From NCBI GenBank assembly GCA_024137785.1, contig JAHRHZ010000031.1, positions 13,343,992-13,407,991 of the forward strand: 64,000 bases of DNA, read 5' to 3'. The position numbers and the translations under genes were made by a program. The first letter of the stretch is position 1. The number at the start of each line of letters is the position of its first letter. The DNA is from Ginglymostoma cirratum. Lineage: Eukaryota. Below, piece after piece: positions 25,801 through 37,330 of the stretch. The notes beneath the pieces are model-generated. The model made no database searches, had not been told where the DNA came from, and saw only the letters and a list, made by a program, of their open reading frames with translations.

Positions 25801-27474
25801 TACGTCAGTGTTAGTCCCCAATGTGGATAGATGGTGAAGCTTAACAGCAGGAAGAGTGTCCTGATGTTAATTAAAAACATCCTCTGAATCCAAAAAAAAT
25901 GTTTGATACTAAGACAATTAACCAGTATTATAGTGAACAGATGTAATATGGAAAACATTTATCAGAGGCTATCTCAGTTTTATCCAATAATTGTGACATT
26001 TCCCTTTAATTTTCTCATCCCTTTAAAGTTAATTTGTAAAATTTTTGTCTCCTGCCTGTTGTATCATTCCTAAATCCATGGGAATTGGCATTTGCAGTTG
26101 CAAATCATTTTGTGGAATTTTCCCAGGCCTTGAGTGGCAAGTTGGGAAAAAAAGATGATGAGAATGGAAAAATCTCAGTGTCAGGGAAAGAAATTCAATC
26201 TATCCCTTATGATTTTGATGATGAGCTCTGAATCTCATTAATAAATGGTGGCTATCTTATTTCCATGTATTTGACCCCATTATTAGCTAATCTTGCCTCA
26301 ATTATATGCTGTTTGCAATTCTCCCATGCACTGCCAAGAATCTAGATGGTGCCAGTTCCAGACGTCAAAATCAGAGCAGTTCCCTGACACATGCAGTTTG
26401 CCAGGCTTTCTCCAGGCCTCCATATGAAGGTCCATCACATGCTCTATGGGCAGTGACCACTTTCATCCTTGGAAATCAATAGCCTCATCATGACAGATCT
26501 CAGACTAACTCATAATACACTCTAGCACTTCACCACTGCAGTTTAGTGCTCATCAAAACCTTGCATTCCAGTGCTTCTGACAGGTTGCCTGTGCGTAAAA
26601 ACGCACATTCTTCTCACGTATCGACATGGGATGCATTTTATGGCTCACGGTTTGCTTTCGTAATGCTTATTTACTTTGTGCTCTTTTTGGCACTCTCAGC
26701 CTCTCTGGTTTGCTTTGCCTTTTGCCTTAACAGACAGAAGGGGAAATAGCTCATCATTGTTGCCAGTTCTGAACAGTTAAGGCAGTGCGCATGTTGCTAC
26801 ATCAATGTAACTTTGGCAACATATGCCAGCAGCTTATGTAGCAAGCATGCATCATGTGTGGCAATTACGTGGAGATGTCAGAAGTCTAGAGGGCTGGTCA
26901 TCAGTGGAGCAAAGGGGGACTATAGCTGATGCCACTTCTCTCAGATCTCAGTCCAGGGTTTGGGCATGGTCAGTCAGGCACATGAAGAGCGACCAAGATC
27001 TAGAATCCAGGAATCCAGTCCTTACAATCCAGGGATTACAGTCTCACCAAGCCCCTCTACAATTGCAGCAAAACATCACTGCTCTTGTACTCAAATCTTC
27101 TTGCTATGAAGGTGAACATACTGTTTGCCTCAATCACTGTCTGATGCAGCAGCAACATAGAGTCTGAAAGTGTAATTAATAACATAAGCAGCAGAGGATT
27201 GCATGTAAAAATCTACTGCAATTTACAATGGGGCATGCAACTTGAAACTTCCCCAAAAATAACATATACCAAAAATAGGAACATTCAGCTTATTATCTAC
27301 GTAAGGTTAGATAGGACAGTACAGTGATTTAGCTCTTGGGATTCAAGTGTCTTTAAACAATGAAAAGTAGAATTAAATGATTTACATCCGAAGATGAAAA
27401 TCAGTCCATTATTCTTCAATGATTGCAGATTTCACATAGTTTCCATTTTGTTACAAAAGCATCTTTTAAATCTC

Positions 27475-27575
27475 AAACAATAACAGAAATTGCTGTAGAG
27501 CCTTAGCAAGTCTTGCAGCATCTGGGGAAAGAAAGCAGAGTTAATGTTTTGGATCCAGTGACCCTTCTTCAGACC
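27475..27575 (-). mobile_element. Penelope-derived end module (degenerate hammerhead core)
   Basis: Reverse strand ctgaagaagggtcactggatccaaaacattaac...cagatgctgc. Confidence 0.7.
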
Positions 27576-29479
27576 TCAACTATTCAATCTAATTTGTAAA
27601 GTATAGTATGCCTCTATAGTTTAATTCTTGTTTAAAATTGTAGTTCAGTCATGCGGTTCCCCTATGATTTGAAAACTGGAAACTTACTGTTTTGAGCTCA
27701 CAAACCTTTGCAATGCTGAATCTTTCCAGTAGTCAATCAGTACTTTTATTTTAATCTAGTCATCTCCAAGATGAGCATACAGTACAGTCAGGTAATGAAT
27801 GAAGCAGGGGCTCAGTGACTGAAAGAGTGAAATAGGGGAGCAGGAATCACTTTCATCACAAGATTCAAGTTGAAACAAGAACGGAGCAGAGCTGATTTTC
27901 TGCTAATTTGTAGTGGCCAAATTCAAGGGCAGGAATGCATTGAGATATCAATGGGGCTGATGGTATAATTAACACTAGAATTAGGGCAGCATTCATCTAT
28001 TTAATCCCAACACACTGCAATTATGTCTCTCAACCTCTTCCTATTTCTATGTCCATTAGGACTAATTTGAAAATCCATGGCATTGACCAACCATTTATTC
28101 AATTGCTCTTAATATTGCTATGAGCAGCTGAGGAGTGAGAATCTGTTTCTCTCTTTTTAACCTGCATTTGGTCCTGTCCCAGTAGATCTTTTTATTCCAT
28201 TTTAGCATGCAACTATATCGTTCATCAGTGTAATTAAATAGACAAGAACAAAAGAGGCAATTACAAAGGTTTTCTTGAGTGAAAGGATAATTTTATTACC
28301 CAATAATCTTGAAAAATACAATGAAAAGAAAGTGACCTCACACACATAAACTCAGACAGTACGTTTAAAAGACAGAGTTTCTGGTACAGACAGGGAGAAT
28401 AAAGGTTACAATTGTTTAATTGTTGATTGGTATCTTCAGCAGTGTTGAAGTTTGGAGATATCCTTGAGTTCTCATTGAATAGTTATTTCCCCATTTTCCT
28501 TTCTCAACAAATAGGTTTTTGAGATGATAAGAGGTACAGGGAAGAAGAATACTTTAGTCCTCACAGTTACTAATCTGTGATCTTTCTCACTGCTTTGCTG
28601 GTCAAAAACAGCTACTGAATTATGGTTTGTTGTATTTTCCCAAGTCTAGTTCCACTGTCTTTCTAAGCTGACTAACTGGCAGGTAAGTCTTTCATCTCCC
28701 AATATGTAGAATTATCTTACAATTGTGAATCAAAACATGAGATGTGAATTTCTTGAAGATGATTCAGTTGTTTGGATTTGATGCATTCAGATAAAATGGT
28801 CATCTCAGTGGAAACAGTTTCCTTTATTTCACACGGATCTCCTGGATTTGCCTCAGTTTGTAGTCAGGCAATCACGTAAGCCATTTTAGGTCAGTATTTG
28901 CCATTGTGCACAGGTTAAAAATGTAACAGTGATTAGTTGACTTTAAAGTGCTTTAGGAAATCCTGAGGCAATGAAAGATGCTGGATAATTGCAAGACAAG
29001 GATCCTAAAAATAGTGATTACAGCTTTAGATTGTAGACATGCTCACCAAGCCAGTGGGTTTGGTTTTACAACTTTACCCGAGATCAGCTGAAGGTCCTTT
29101 TAAGAAACATTTCAAAATGCCACCTCAGGTGTTGTTTTAGTTGTGCAGTACATTCTGATGATCTACAGACATAGAAACTCAGAAATATTGAAAACAGGAG
29201 TAGGAGTAGTTCATTGGCACTTTGAGCCTGCTCCACCACTCAATACAATCATGTTTGATCATTCAACTCAATACCCTGTTTTCTGTTTGTACCCTTTGAT
29301 CCCTTTAGCTCTGATGTCCAAATTGTCATACTCCTACACACAAGGGCAAATCTGTCTCTAACAGGAAGAGGAGCAGTTCTGTCTGTTTTTATAGGATAAG
29401 GGTTAGGTCAGTCTCTGATTGACAGGGCAAGGTGCAAGACTGTCTATATAGACAGGAGGAGGAGAGACAGGATTGAGCC

Positions 29480-29805
29480 AAGGACTTTTTCTGATGGTAG
29501 GAGAGCCTAAAACTAGAGGGCATAGGTTTAAGGTGAGAGGGGAAAGATCTAAAAGGGACCGAAGGGGCAACTTTTTCACGCAGAAAGTGGTGCACTGATG
29601 GAATGAGCTGCCAGAGGAGGTGGTTGAGGCTGGTACAATTACAACATTTATAAAGCATTTGGATGGGTATATGAATAGAAAGGTTTTAGAGATATATGGG
29701 CCAACTGATGGCAAACGGTGCTAGATTAATTTAGGATATCTGGTCCACAGCGATGAGTTGGACCAAGGGGTCTGTTCTGGTGCTGTACATATCTATGACT
29801 CTATG
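29480..29805 (+). mobile_element. CR1 (HER1-like) 3' fragment
   Basis: aactagagggcataggtttaaggtgagaggggaaag...ctatgactctatga tail. Confidence 0.88.
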
Positions 29806-30519
29806 ACAGGGGGAGGAGCATTTTGTCTGATTGACAGGAGGAGAGGCATAACACAGTGTGGAACTGGGGGAACAAGCAGGCCACGCAGCATCAGAGGAGC
29901 AGGAAACCCGGGTGAAGACCCTTCTTCAGAAACGGGGGAGGTGAAGGGGGCTCTGAAATAAATAGAGAGAGGGGCCGGTGATAGCATGCAGATAGTAGAG
30001 CGGATAGGTGGGAGAGAAGATGGACAGGTCAAGGAGGCCGGGATGAAGCTAGTAAAGGTGAGTGTAGGTCGGGATTGGTGGGGATTGGTCAGTGAGGTGG
30101 GATGAGCAGATAGGTGGGAGAGAAGACAGACAGGTCAATGAGGTGGGGATAAGAAGGGGGCTGGTCTTTGGATGAGGTCGAGAGTGGGGAGATTTCCAAT
30201 GTCTGATCTCTGATCTCCTATCTCTGATACCTCTCTCTCCTTCCTGGACCTCTCTGTTTCCATCTCTAGTGACCACCTCAAAACTGACATCTATTTCAAG
30301 CCCACCAACTCCCACAGCTACCTAGACTACACCTCCTCTCACCCACCTTCGTGCAAGAATGCAATCCCTACTCACAATTCCTCTGCCTCTGCTGCATCAG
30401 CTCCTAAGATGTGGACTTCCACACCTGAACATCCCAGATGTCCTTGTATTTCACGGACCGCAATTTCCACTCCCCCGCCCACCCCCGACAGTGGTTGAAA
30501 ACACCTTCGACCGCATCTC

Positions 30520-31194
30520 TTGGGTTTCCCGCACCTCAGCGCTCACACCCCTCCCCGCAATAAAAACAAAGACAGAATTCCCCTTGTCCTTACGTATCAC
30601 CCCATCAACCTCCAGATTCAATGCATCATTCTCCATCACTTCCGCCACCTGCAATCTGACCCCATTACCAAGGATATATTTCCCTCCCACCCTTACCTGC
30701 CTTCTGGAGGGATTGCTCTCTCCGCGACTCCCTCATCCGCTCCACACTCCCCATTAGCCCCACCACCCCGGCACCTTCCCTTGCAACTACAGGAGGTGCT
30801 ACACCTGCCCACTTCCATCCCAGGCTCCAAAAACACCTTCCACATCAAAAAGATGTTCACCTGCACATCTGCTAATGTGGTCTATTGTATCTGCTGTTCC
30901 CGATGTGGCTTCCTCTACATTAGTGAGACCAAGCGGAGGCTCGGAGACCACTTTGTGGAGCAACTATGGTCGGTTCGCAACAAACAACAACACCTCCCCG
31001 TCACGGAGCACTTCAGCTCCCACTCCTACTCCCTGGATGACATGTCCATCCTGGGCATCCTCCAGTGTCACAGCGATGCCACCCGGAAACTGAAAGAACA
31101 GCATCTCATATTTTGCCTTGGAAGCCTCCAACCCAATGGTCTCAATGTGGACTTTACTAGCTTCAAAATCTCCCCACCCCTGTCGTCATCCTAA
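30520..31194 (+). pseudogene. Penelope-like GIY-YIG endonuclease domain (frameshifted)
   Basis: FTCTSANVVYCICCSRCGFLYISETKRRLGDHF...RKLKEQHLIFCLGSLQPNGLNVDF; YIG changed to YIS; upstream region out of frame. Confidence 0.88.
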
Positions 31195-31327
31195 GTCCCC
31201 TCCCCCCGCTTATCCCCGCTTCCTTGTCTTGTCCATCTTCTCTCCCACCTATCCACTCCACTATCCACCTGCTATCACTGCCCCCCCCTCTCTATTTATT
31301 TCAGAGCCCCCTACCCCTCCCCCATTT

Positions 31328-31355
31328 CTGAAGAAGGATCCCAACCTGAAACGTA
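31328..31355 (+). ncRNA. Minimal hammerhead ribozyme-like motif
   Basis: CUGAAGA-AGG(AUCCCAA)CCU-GAAAC-GUA, ~130 nt after the GIY-YIG stop; helix I weak. Confidence 0.5.
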
Positions 31356-31656
31356 AGCTTTCCTGCTCCTCTGATGTTGCCTGGCCGGCTGTGTTTCTCC
31401 AGCTCCACACTGTGTTATCTCAGACTCTAGCATTGGCAGTTCTTACTATCTCTTCATCAGAGCTGATGTGACGTGTGGGGCTCGTAGCATTTATGCAATA
31501 GTCAGGGGCGGGCGGTTGGAGTGCTGGTAGAGGAAGGGTGTAGATAGTGCAGATTAAGTGATCAGAATGTCAGAATGGCAGAATAATGTGTGTCTAACTG
31601 CCATACCGGAAAGAATAGATGGTCCCACTGGGCTGAGGGGAGGGGACAGAGAACAT

Positions 31657-31765
31657 GGCAGCACGATGACTCAGTGGTTAGCACTGCTGCCTCACGGTGC
31701 CAGGAACCTGGGTTAGATTCCACTCTCGGGTGACTGTGTAGAGTTTTCATGGTCTCCCTGTGTCT
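31657..31765 (+). mobile_element. HE1-like SINE 5' fragment
   Basis: ggcagcacgatgactcagtggttagcactgctgcctcac... Confidence 0.75.
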
Positions 31766-31894
31766 GGAGGTGTTCTGCCAAACTGTCACCCAGTCTGCAT
31801 TTGGTTTCTCCAATGCAGAGTACGTGACATTGGTGCAGTGAACACAATACACAAGATTGGAGGAGGTACAGGTGAAAACCTGCTTCACCGACAA
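31766..31894 (-). mobile_element. Second Penelope-like GIY-YIG fragment
   Basis: VKQVFTCTSSNLVYCVHC and CIGETKCRLGDSLAEHL in adjacent frames. Confidence 0.8.
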
Positions 31895-32254
31895 AGAGAT
31901 AACACAGTGTAGAACTGGAGGAATACAGCAGGCCAGGCAGCATCAGAAGAGCAGGAAGGTCGACCTTTCAGGCCGGGACACTTCTTTAGATGTGGAAAAA
32001 CTTGCTTATGTCCTCAGCTGGTGAGCAGGGAGGATGGGCATTTTGTCTGATTGACAAGAGGAGGGCGTGGTCTGTCTCTGACATGGTGGGGGCAGGTCTA
32101 ACACTGATTGAGGAGGGGCGGGTCTGACCCTGAATGACACGAGGAAGGGCGGGTCTGAGCCTTTTTGACCGGAGGAGGGTCAGTATGAGAGATAACAAGC
32201 ATGGGGCTGGATGAACACAGCAGGTCAAGCAGCATCATAGGAGCAGGAAAACTT

Positions 32255-32282
32255 GACGTTTCGGGCCTAAACCCTTCATCAG
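32255..32282 (-). ncRNA. Minimal hammerhead ribozyme-like motif (best-preserved copy)
   Basis: AUUU-CUGAUGA-A-GGGU(UUAG)GCCC-GAAAC-GUC-AAGU; 4-bp helix I possible. Confidence 0.62.
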
Positions 32283-32528
32283 AAATGGGGGAGGGGAAGA
32301 CAGTTCTGAAATAAATAGGGAGAGAGGGGGAGGCGGATAGAGGATGGATAGAGGAGAGGATAGGTGGAGAGGAGGCAGACAAGTCGAAGAGGCGGGGATG
32401 GAGCCAGTAAAGGTGAGTGTAGGTGGGGAGGTAGAGAGGAGATAGGTCAGTCCAGGGAGGACGGACAGGTCAAGGGGGCGGGATGATGTTAGTAGATAGG
32501 AGATGGGGGTGTGGCTTGGGGTGAGAGG

Positions 32529-32928
32529 NNNNNNNNNNNNNNNNNNNNNNNNNNNNNNNNNNNNNNNNNNNNNNNNNNNNNNNNNNNNNNNNNNNNNNNN
32601 NNNNNNNNNNNNNNNNNNNNNNNNNNNNNNNNNNNNNNNNNNNNNNNNNNNNNNNNNNNNNNNNNNNNNNNNNNNNNNNNNNNNNNNNNNNNNNNNNNNN
32701 NNNNNNNNNNNNNNNNNNNNNNNNNNNNNNNNNNNNNNNNNNNNNNNNNNNNNNNNNNNNNNNNNNNNNNNNNNNNNNNNNNNNNNNNNNNNNNNNNNNN
32801 NNNNNNNNNNNNNNNNNNNNNNNNNNNNNNNNNNNNNNNNNNNNNNNNNNNNNNNNNNNNNNNNNNNNNNNNNNNNNNNNNNNNNNNNNNNNNNNNNNNN
32901 NNNNNNNNNNNNNNNNNNNNNNNNNNNN
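32529..32928. other. Assembly gap (400 N)
   Basis: Run of N. Confidence 1.
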
Positions 32929-33057
32929 TGCGGGATTGGAATGTCTCATCCTGGGAGCAGATGCGGCGGAGGTGAAGGAATTGGGAATAGGGGATGGCAT
33001 TTTTGCAGGAGGGTGGGTGGGAGGAGGTGTATTCCAGGTAGCTGTGAGTCAGTATGA

Positions 33058-33437
33058 TCCTGGTTGAGGTGGAGGAGGCGCGTCTTGCCCTGATTGAGAG
33101 TAGGAGTGGGCGTGTCTGGCCCTGCTTGAGCGGGGGGCGGGGCGGGGCCTGGCCCTGCTTGAGCGGGGGGCGGGGCGGGGCCTGGCCCTGCTTGAGCGGG
33201 GGGGCGGGGCGGGGCCTGGCCCTGCTTGAGCGGGGGGCGGGGCGGGGCCTGGCCCTGATGGGGCGGGGTCTGGCCCTGATTGACAGCTGGAGGAGGTGGG
33301 CGGCTACGTGTGGGCGGGCAGGAGGTGGTTCTCTCTCGGGCTGGGCTGTGCGGTGAAGAGGGGAGGTTGTGTGAGATGCTGGAGGTTGTCTTTCAGTGAA
33401 TCGCTGACTCGCTCACTCCGTCGCCGCCGTATCAGAA
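33058..33437 (+). promoter_or_regulatory. PRPS2 GC-rich, TATA-less promoter and 5' UTR
   Basis: CpG-rich, multiple GGGGCGGGGC boxes, TGATTGACAG near 33277, directly upstream of the ATG. Confidence 0.8.
33116..33258 (+). repeat. 33-bp tandem repeat, ~4 near-identical copies, each with overlapping GC boxes
   Basis: Unit ctggccctgcttgagcggggggcggggcggggc. Confidence 0.95.
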
Positions 33438-33559
33438 ATGCCGAACATCGTGCTGTTCAGCGGCAGCTCGCACCAGGACCTGTCCCAGCGGGTGGCCGAA
33501 AGGCTGGGCCTGGAGCTCGGCAAAGTGGTGACCAAGAAATTCAGTAACCAGGAGACATG
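33438..33559 (+). CDS. PRPS2: Ribose-phosphate pyrophosphokinase 2, coding exon 1
   Basis: [40 protein letters not shown]; IVLF/QRVA are PRPS2-type residues; donor gtgagt; 122 nt. Confidence 0.96.
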
Positions 33560-35736
33560 GTGAGTTTGGGGGAGGCAGTGTACCCCGGAAGGGGTGGGCG
33601 GGCACGGGGCGTCCCCCGGCTGTCTGAGTGTATAGGCCCAGGGGCCCGAGGGTCTGGGCCCGCACACAGGCCCCACAGCTGGTCGGTTTGTCGTGGGTCA
33701 GGGGCCCGGGGTTGAGGGTCCGGCTTGACCCTGGGAGGGGGAATGGAAATCCTATCCTCTGTCCCTCTCAAAGCCCTGTCACACCCCAGCATGAACTAGC
33801 ATCAATCCTGGGCCATGTGTGGACACTGCCCTGTGTCTTCATGTCAGGTACGCATCTCCTCGCCAAGCCCCCCCTCAATTCACCTTCCTGCCTCGGTCGA
33901 TGCTGACAGCAAGAGAGTTCACACACGCACTTTTTTTAACTATCCCGCCAGCGCTGCTGACTTATTTCAGCCCTTTTGAATAATGTTTTAAAAATTGCTC
34001 GAGCTCGCCTGGCGGTGGTGAGTTAGGAGAGGTATGTCAGCCCTGCTTCTTTTCCCCTGATCGTCCGGTTGAGAATGTGAAGGACGCCGCTGAAACGAGC
34101 GCATATCCGGATGTGCTTTTCCAAGCAATGTTGTTGATCCATCGCAATGATGATCAGCGCACAAAAGTGAATTGCTGGAGAGCGACCGGTGGAAGTGGAA
34201 CCACGTACGGTACCAGCAAATTGCCATCACCTCTACACGAAGAAGCGTGGATGACGGTTGGTTTGGATAAGGGTGACATGTGTCATTGGCAACACAAGTA
34301 AATACTTCAATTGTCATCACTGGGGTGTTGCTTGGACATGAATTAGTTTGTCAATTTTTGCTACCTACTTGTTCAGTCTTTAGGCTGTGCGCTTTGTAAC
34401 CTATGCACTTTAGAATTCCTTTCCCGAGCGCCCTGCCTCACTCCGTGTGTTAAGACAGTACTTAAATAGCGCCTCTTTACCATCCTGTTTATTGACATCC
34501 ATCTTTATTTGATGTTTCTCTCTATTAAATATGCAGATAATTGGAAGTTGTTTTGTCTTGCAGGATTTGTAAATGCACCGACTGAAGTTTTCAGGTTGGA
34601 GAGGGAAATTGACTCTTTCTGGCTAAAATGTATCTACAAACCAAGAACTGTATGTTTTTGGAAAATCTCTCTATAATCAGAAATGAAAGGGTATGATGAA
34701 AAATTGTTTAGCCAAGCTTTAATTGGTACATTGACCCACTGTTTGGGTTACAATTCATTTACTTCATGGTTAATATAATTAGTGCAGCAAGATAAAATTA
34801 ATATTTCAGAATTCATATGACTTACAAACAGTCATTGTGAATGTTTGGAAGAATAATCTTTCACTATTTCTAATGTGACTGAAAGAAAACTGTATAATTT
34901 AAGATAACAATACCTGGACTTTCAAATTGAGGCATTGATCTTCTAAACTTAACATTACTGGGTTAATAACTTTGCTCATCTGTACTAGAACATTAAGTTT
35001 AAAACAAAAGATCCATACAATATGGCTTTTGGGGATTGGTTAAATTAGTCTTTGAAAAGCCTGTGCAGTTTGAACATGACATTCAAGTAAAAGTTGCATA
35101 GTGACTTTGGGGAAAGTGGTGACAGCAGATTTGATAGAAGTCTTAAAAATCGTGAGTAACCTGACAATTAATGGAAGCAATTAGTCCCATTAATTGAAGA
35201 GTCAGAAACCAGACGATGCAGCTTTGAAATGAGTGGCAAAGGGACTCAAAGGTGACTTATAAAATGCCTTTTTTTCTTTAAGGATCATTATCAATTTTCT
35301 CACTGGTTTCTAATTTGAGTATAAGGTCAGCAGCTGAAGTTTTGTCAAACTGCTGCAAAAGTGAAATAAGAGATTAATGATTAACCTTCTATTTAAAGCT
35401 TAGTGACGAGTGTTCAGTGACTTTAAAGAAAGGCACTTGTTGCTGTTAGTGACGTGATTTGTAAACTATAATGCATAATTCAGCCAGTGTTTGAGACTAT
35501 AGGTCCCTTTAGTTTTGCAAGGACAGGTTAAGGCTTGTCTGGCATGGATTAAGTTGTCAATCGTTTGCTCACTTCGGAGAGTTACACGGATTAGTGAACT
35601 TTGTTTAAAATAGCACTGTATGCCCATGTGAAAGCTAATGCTCTTTCAAAATCATGAGACAAACAATGATCTGGGTAAATAGTGATTTGGCATCGATCTT
35701 TCCAAAAAAAATGACCTATTTCTACAACTTAACTTT

Positions 35737-35764
35737 CTGATGAAGGGTCTAGGCCCGAAACGTC
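35737..35764 (+). ncRNA. Minimal hammerhead ribozyme-like motif, sense to PRPS2 pre-mRNA
   Basis: CUGAUGA-A-GGGU(CUAG)GCCC-GAAAC-GUC; helix I poor. Confidence 0.55.
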
Positions 35765-35865
35765 ATGTGTTCCTGCTCCTATGATGCTGCTTGACCTGCT
35801 GTGTTCATCCAGCCCCACGCCTTGTTATCTCGAATTCTCCAGCATCTACACTACCTTTTATCTCA
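35737..35865 (+). mobile_element. Penelope-derived end module in PRPS2 intron 1
   Basis: Near-identical in reverse to 32190-32285; starts essentially at the hammerhead core. Confidence 0.85.
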
Positions 35866-36174
35866 CCCATTCTTTTTGTCCTGTGCCTCTATCCAGCTCC
35901 TGCCTTAACCCACTTTCTCAAGTCTACATTTAAACTGGAAGCCATTCCGGAATTTAAATTTTCTTTTGAAAAAGATCAGTATTGAGAAATGTTACATATA
36001 GTGATGTATTATGACTTTCATTGATGGTAACTGTAGGCTTTGAGGAATTCTTGGTGGTATTTCTGAAACTTCTGTATATCTGAAAGGGTTTGCTAGTCAG
36101 GAGGCACACTCAGTACAATGTTATTGAACCGCAGTTGTGACCATCAGTCTGCCCAATAAGTGTTGAGAAGCAGC

Positions 36175-36790
36175 ACAAAAAGTCATAAAGGTCACAACAT
36201 GGAAGGAAGCCTTTTGGCCCTTCGTCTGTGCTGGTCATCAAGTGCTTATTTACTGTAGTCCCATTTTCCAGGACTTGGCCCATAGCTATGGCATTTCAAG
36301 TGACCATCTAACTTCATAAATGTTGAAATGATTTCCATCTCTACCATCCTTTTCAGGTACACGCACACACCTGAATTGTATAATCCTTAATCAGATCCCG
36401 TCGTGTAAGGAAAGCGCCCCTAGCCAATGTATCCTTTCCTCACAGCTGAGTTGTTCCAGCCTAGGCACATTTTGCTGAACCTGCTCTGCACCCTGTGTAG
36501 AGCAATAACATTGTTCCTATCATATAGTGACCAAAACTGAACACAGTACTCCATCTGTGGCTTAACTAATGTCTTATACAGCTCCGTCATAACCACCCGA
36601 TATCCCCATATGCCTTAACATCCTTCTCTACTTGTCCTGCCAGCTTCAAGGATATGCACACCAAGGTCCCTCTAATCTCTGTGCTTCTTAGAGTACTACC
36701 ATTGTGAACTCCCTTGCTTTGTTAGTCCTCCTAAAATGCATCACCTTGTGCTTTTCAGGACTAAATTCCATTTGCCTTTCCATTTCTCTT
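36175..36790 (-). mobile_element. CR1-like LINE fragment (old)
   Basis: gtgaccaaaactgaacacagtactcc reads EYCVQFWS on the minus strand. Confidence 0.7.
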
Positions 36791-36999
36791 TCAAGCTGTA
36801 TGTTTTCAGTTCGTCATCAAAGCTGGTGTTTATTCATTTTTAATAAGTAATTTATTCTGATGGTTTCAAGTAGTATTGAAATAAAACAATTTTGTATAAA
36901 GTACTCTGAGTAGTTGTCGTAGTTTGTCATGGGAAGATTGGAGATTCCGTTAGAAGTATCCTCATCGGAAGAGTGCCAGGTAATTTGAATTTTACAGTG

Positions 37000-37330
37000 T
37001 TTATCTAGTGCTTTTGATGTTATAAAATATCACAAGGAAAGTATAAAACACAGCACGCGTCCATTACGTAATGGGATGATAGCAAATGACGTAAAGCTTA
37101 GCCGGAAGTAAATTTCAGGAACACCTTTAAAGAATGAGAAAGGGGTAGAGATTTTTGGGGAGGGAAATCATGCTTGAGGTCCAAGTAACTAAAGCCGTGG
37201 CACCAGTGGAAGAGCATTCAAGAGGCCAGAATTAGATCAGTGCAGATCTGCCGGAGATTTGAAAAGGTGAGGCCATTAAGGCATTCAAAAAAAGTTGAGA
37301 ATTTTAAAAACAAGGCATTACTGAACTAGG
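37000..37330 (-). mobile_element. Diverged L2-like 3' tail
   Basis: Reverse similarity to the L2 tails at 3950-4370 and 43950-44340. Confidence 0.5.

Larger units (their letters stand above)
29848..31452 (+). mobile_element. Penelope-like element, 5'-truncated, with an inverted copy of its 3' end at 29848-30200
   Basis: GIY-YIG region on the + strand; 29848-30200 is reverse-complementary to ~31200-31420. Confidence 0.9.
32189..33047 (-). mobile_element. Young Penelope-like insertion in the PRPS2 upstream region (contains a gap)
   Basis: 10-bp TSD GTCAGTATGA (32179-32188, 33048-33057); homologous in reverse to 30300-31450. Confidence 0.85.

Noticed and set aside
32470-33057. Long ORFs of 154-184 aa
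   Set aside because: Artefacts of translating through the N gap
33116-33258. CRISPR-like array
   Set aside because: Head-to-tail repeats without unique spacers, in a vertebrate genome
33054-33356. Gly/Arg-rich 100-aa ORF
   Set aside because: Translation of the promoter tandem repeat
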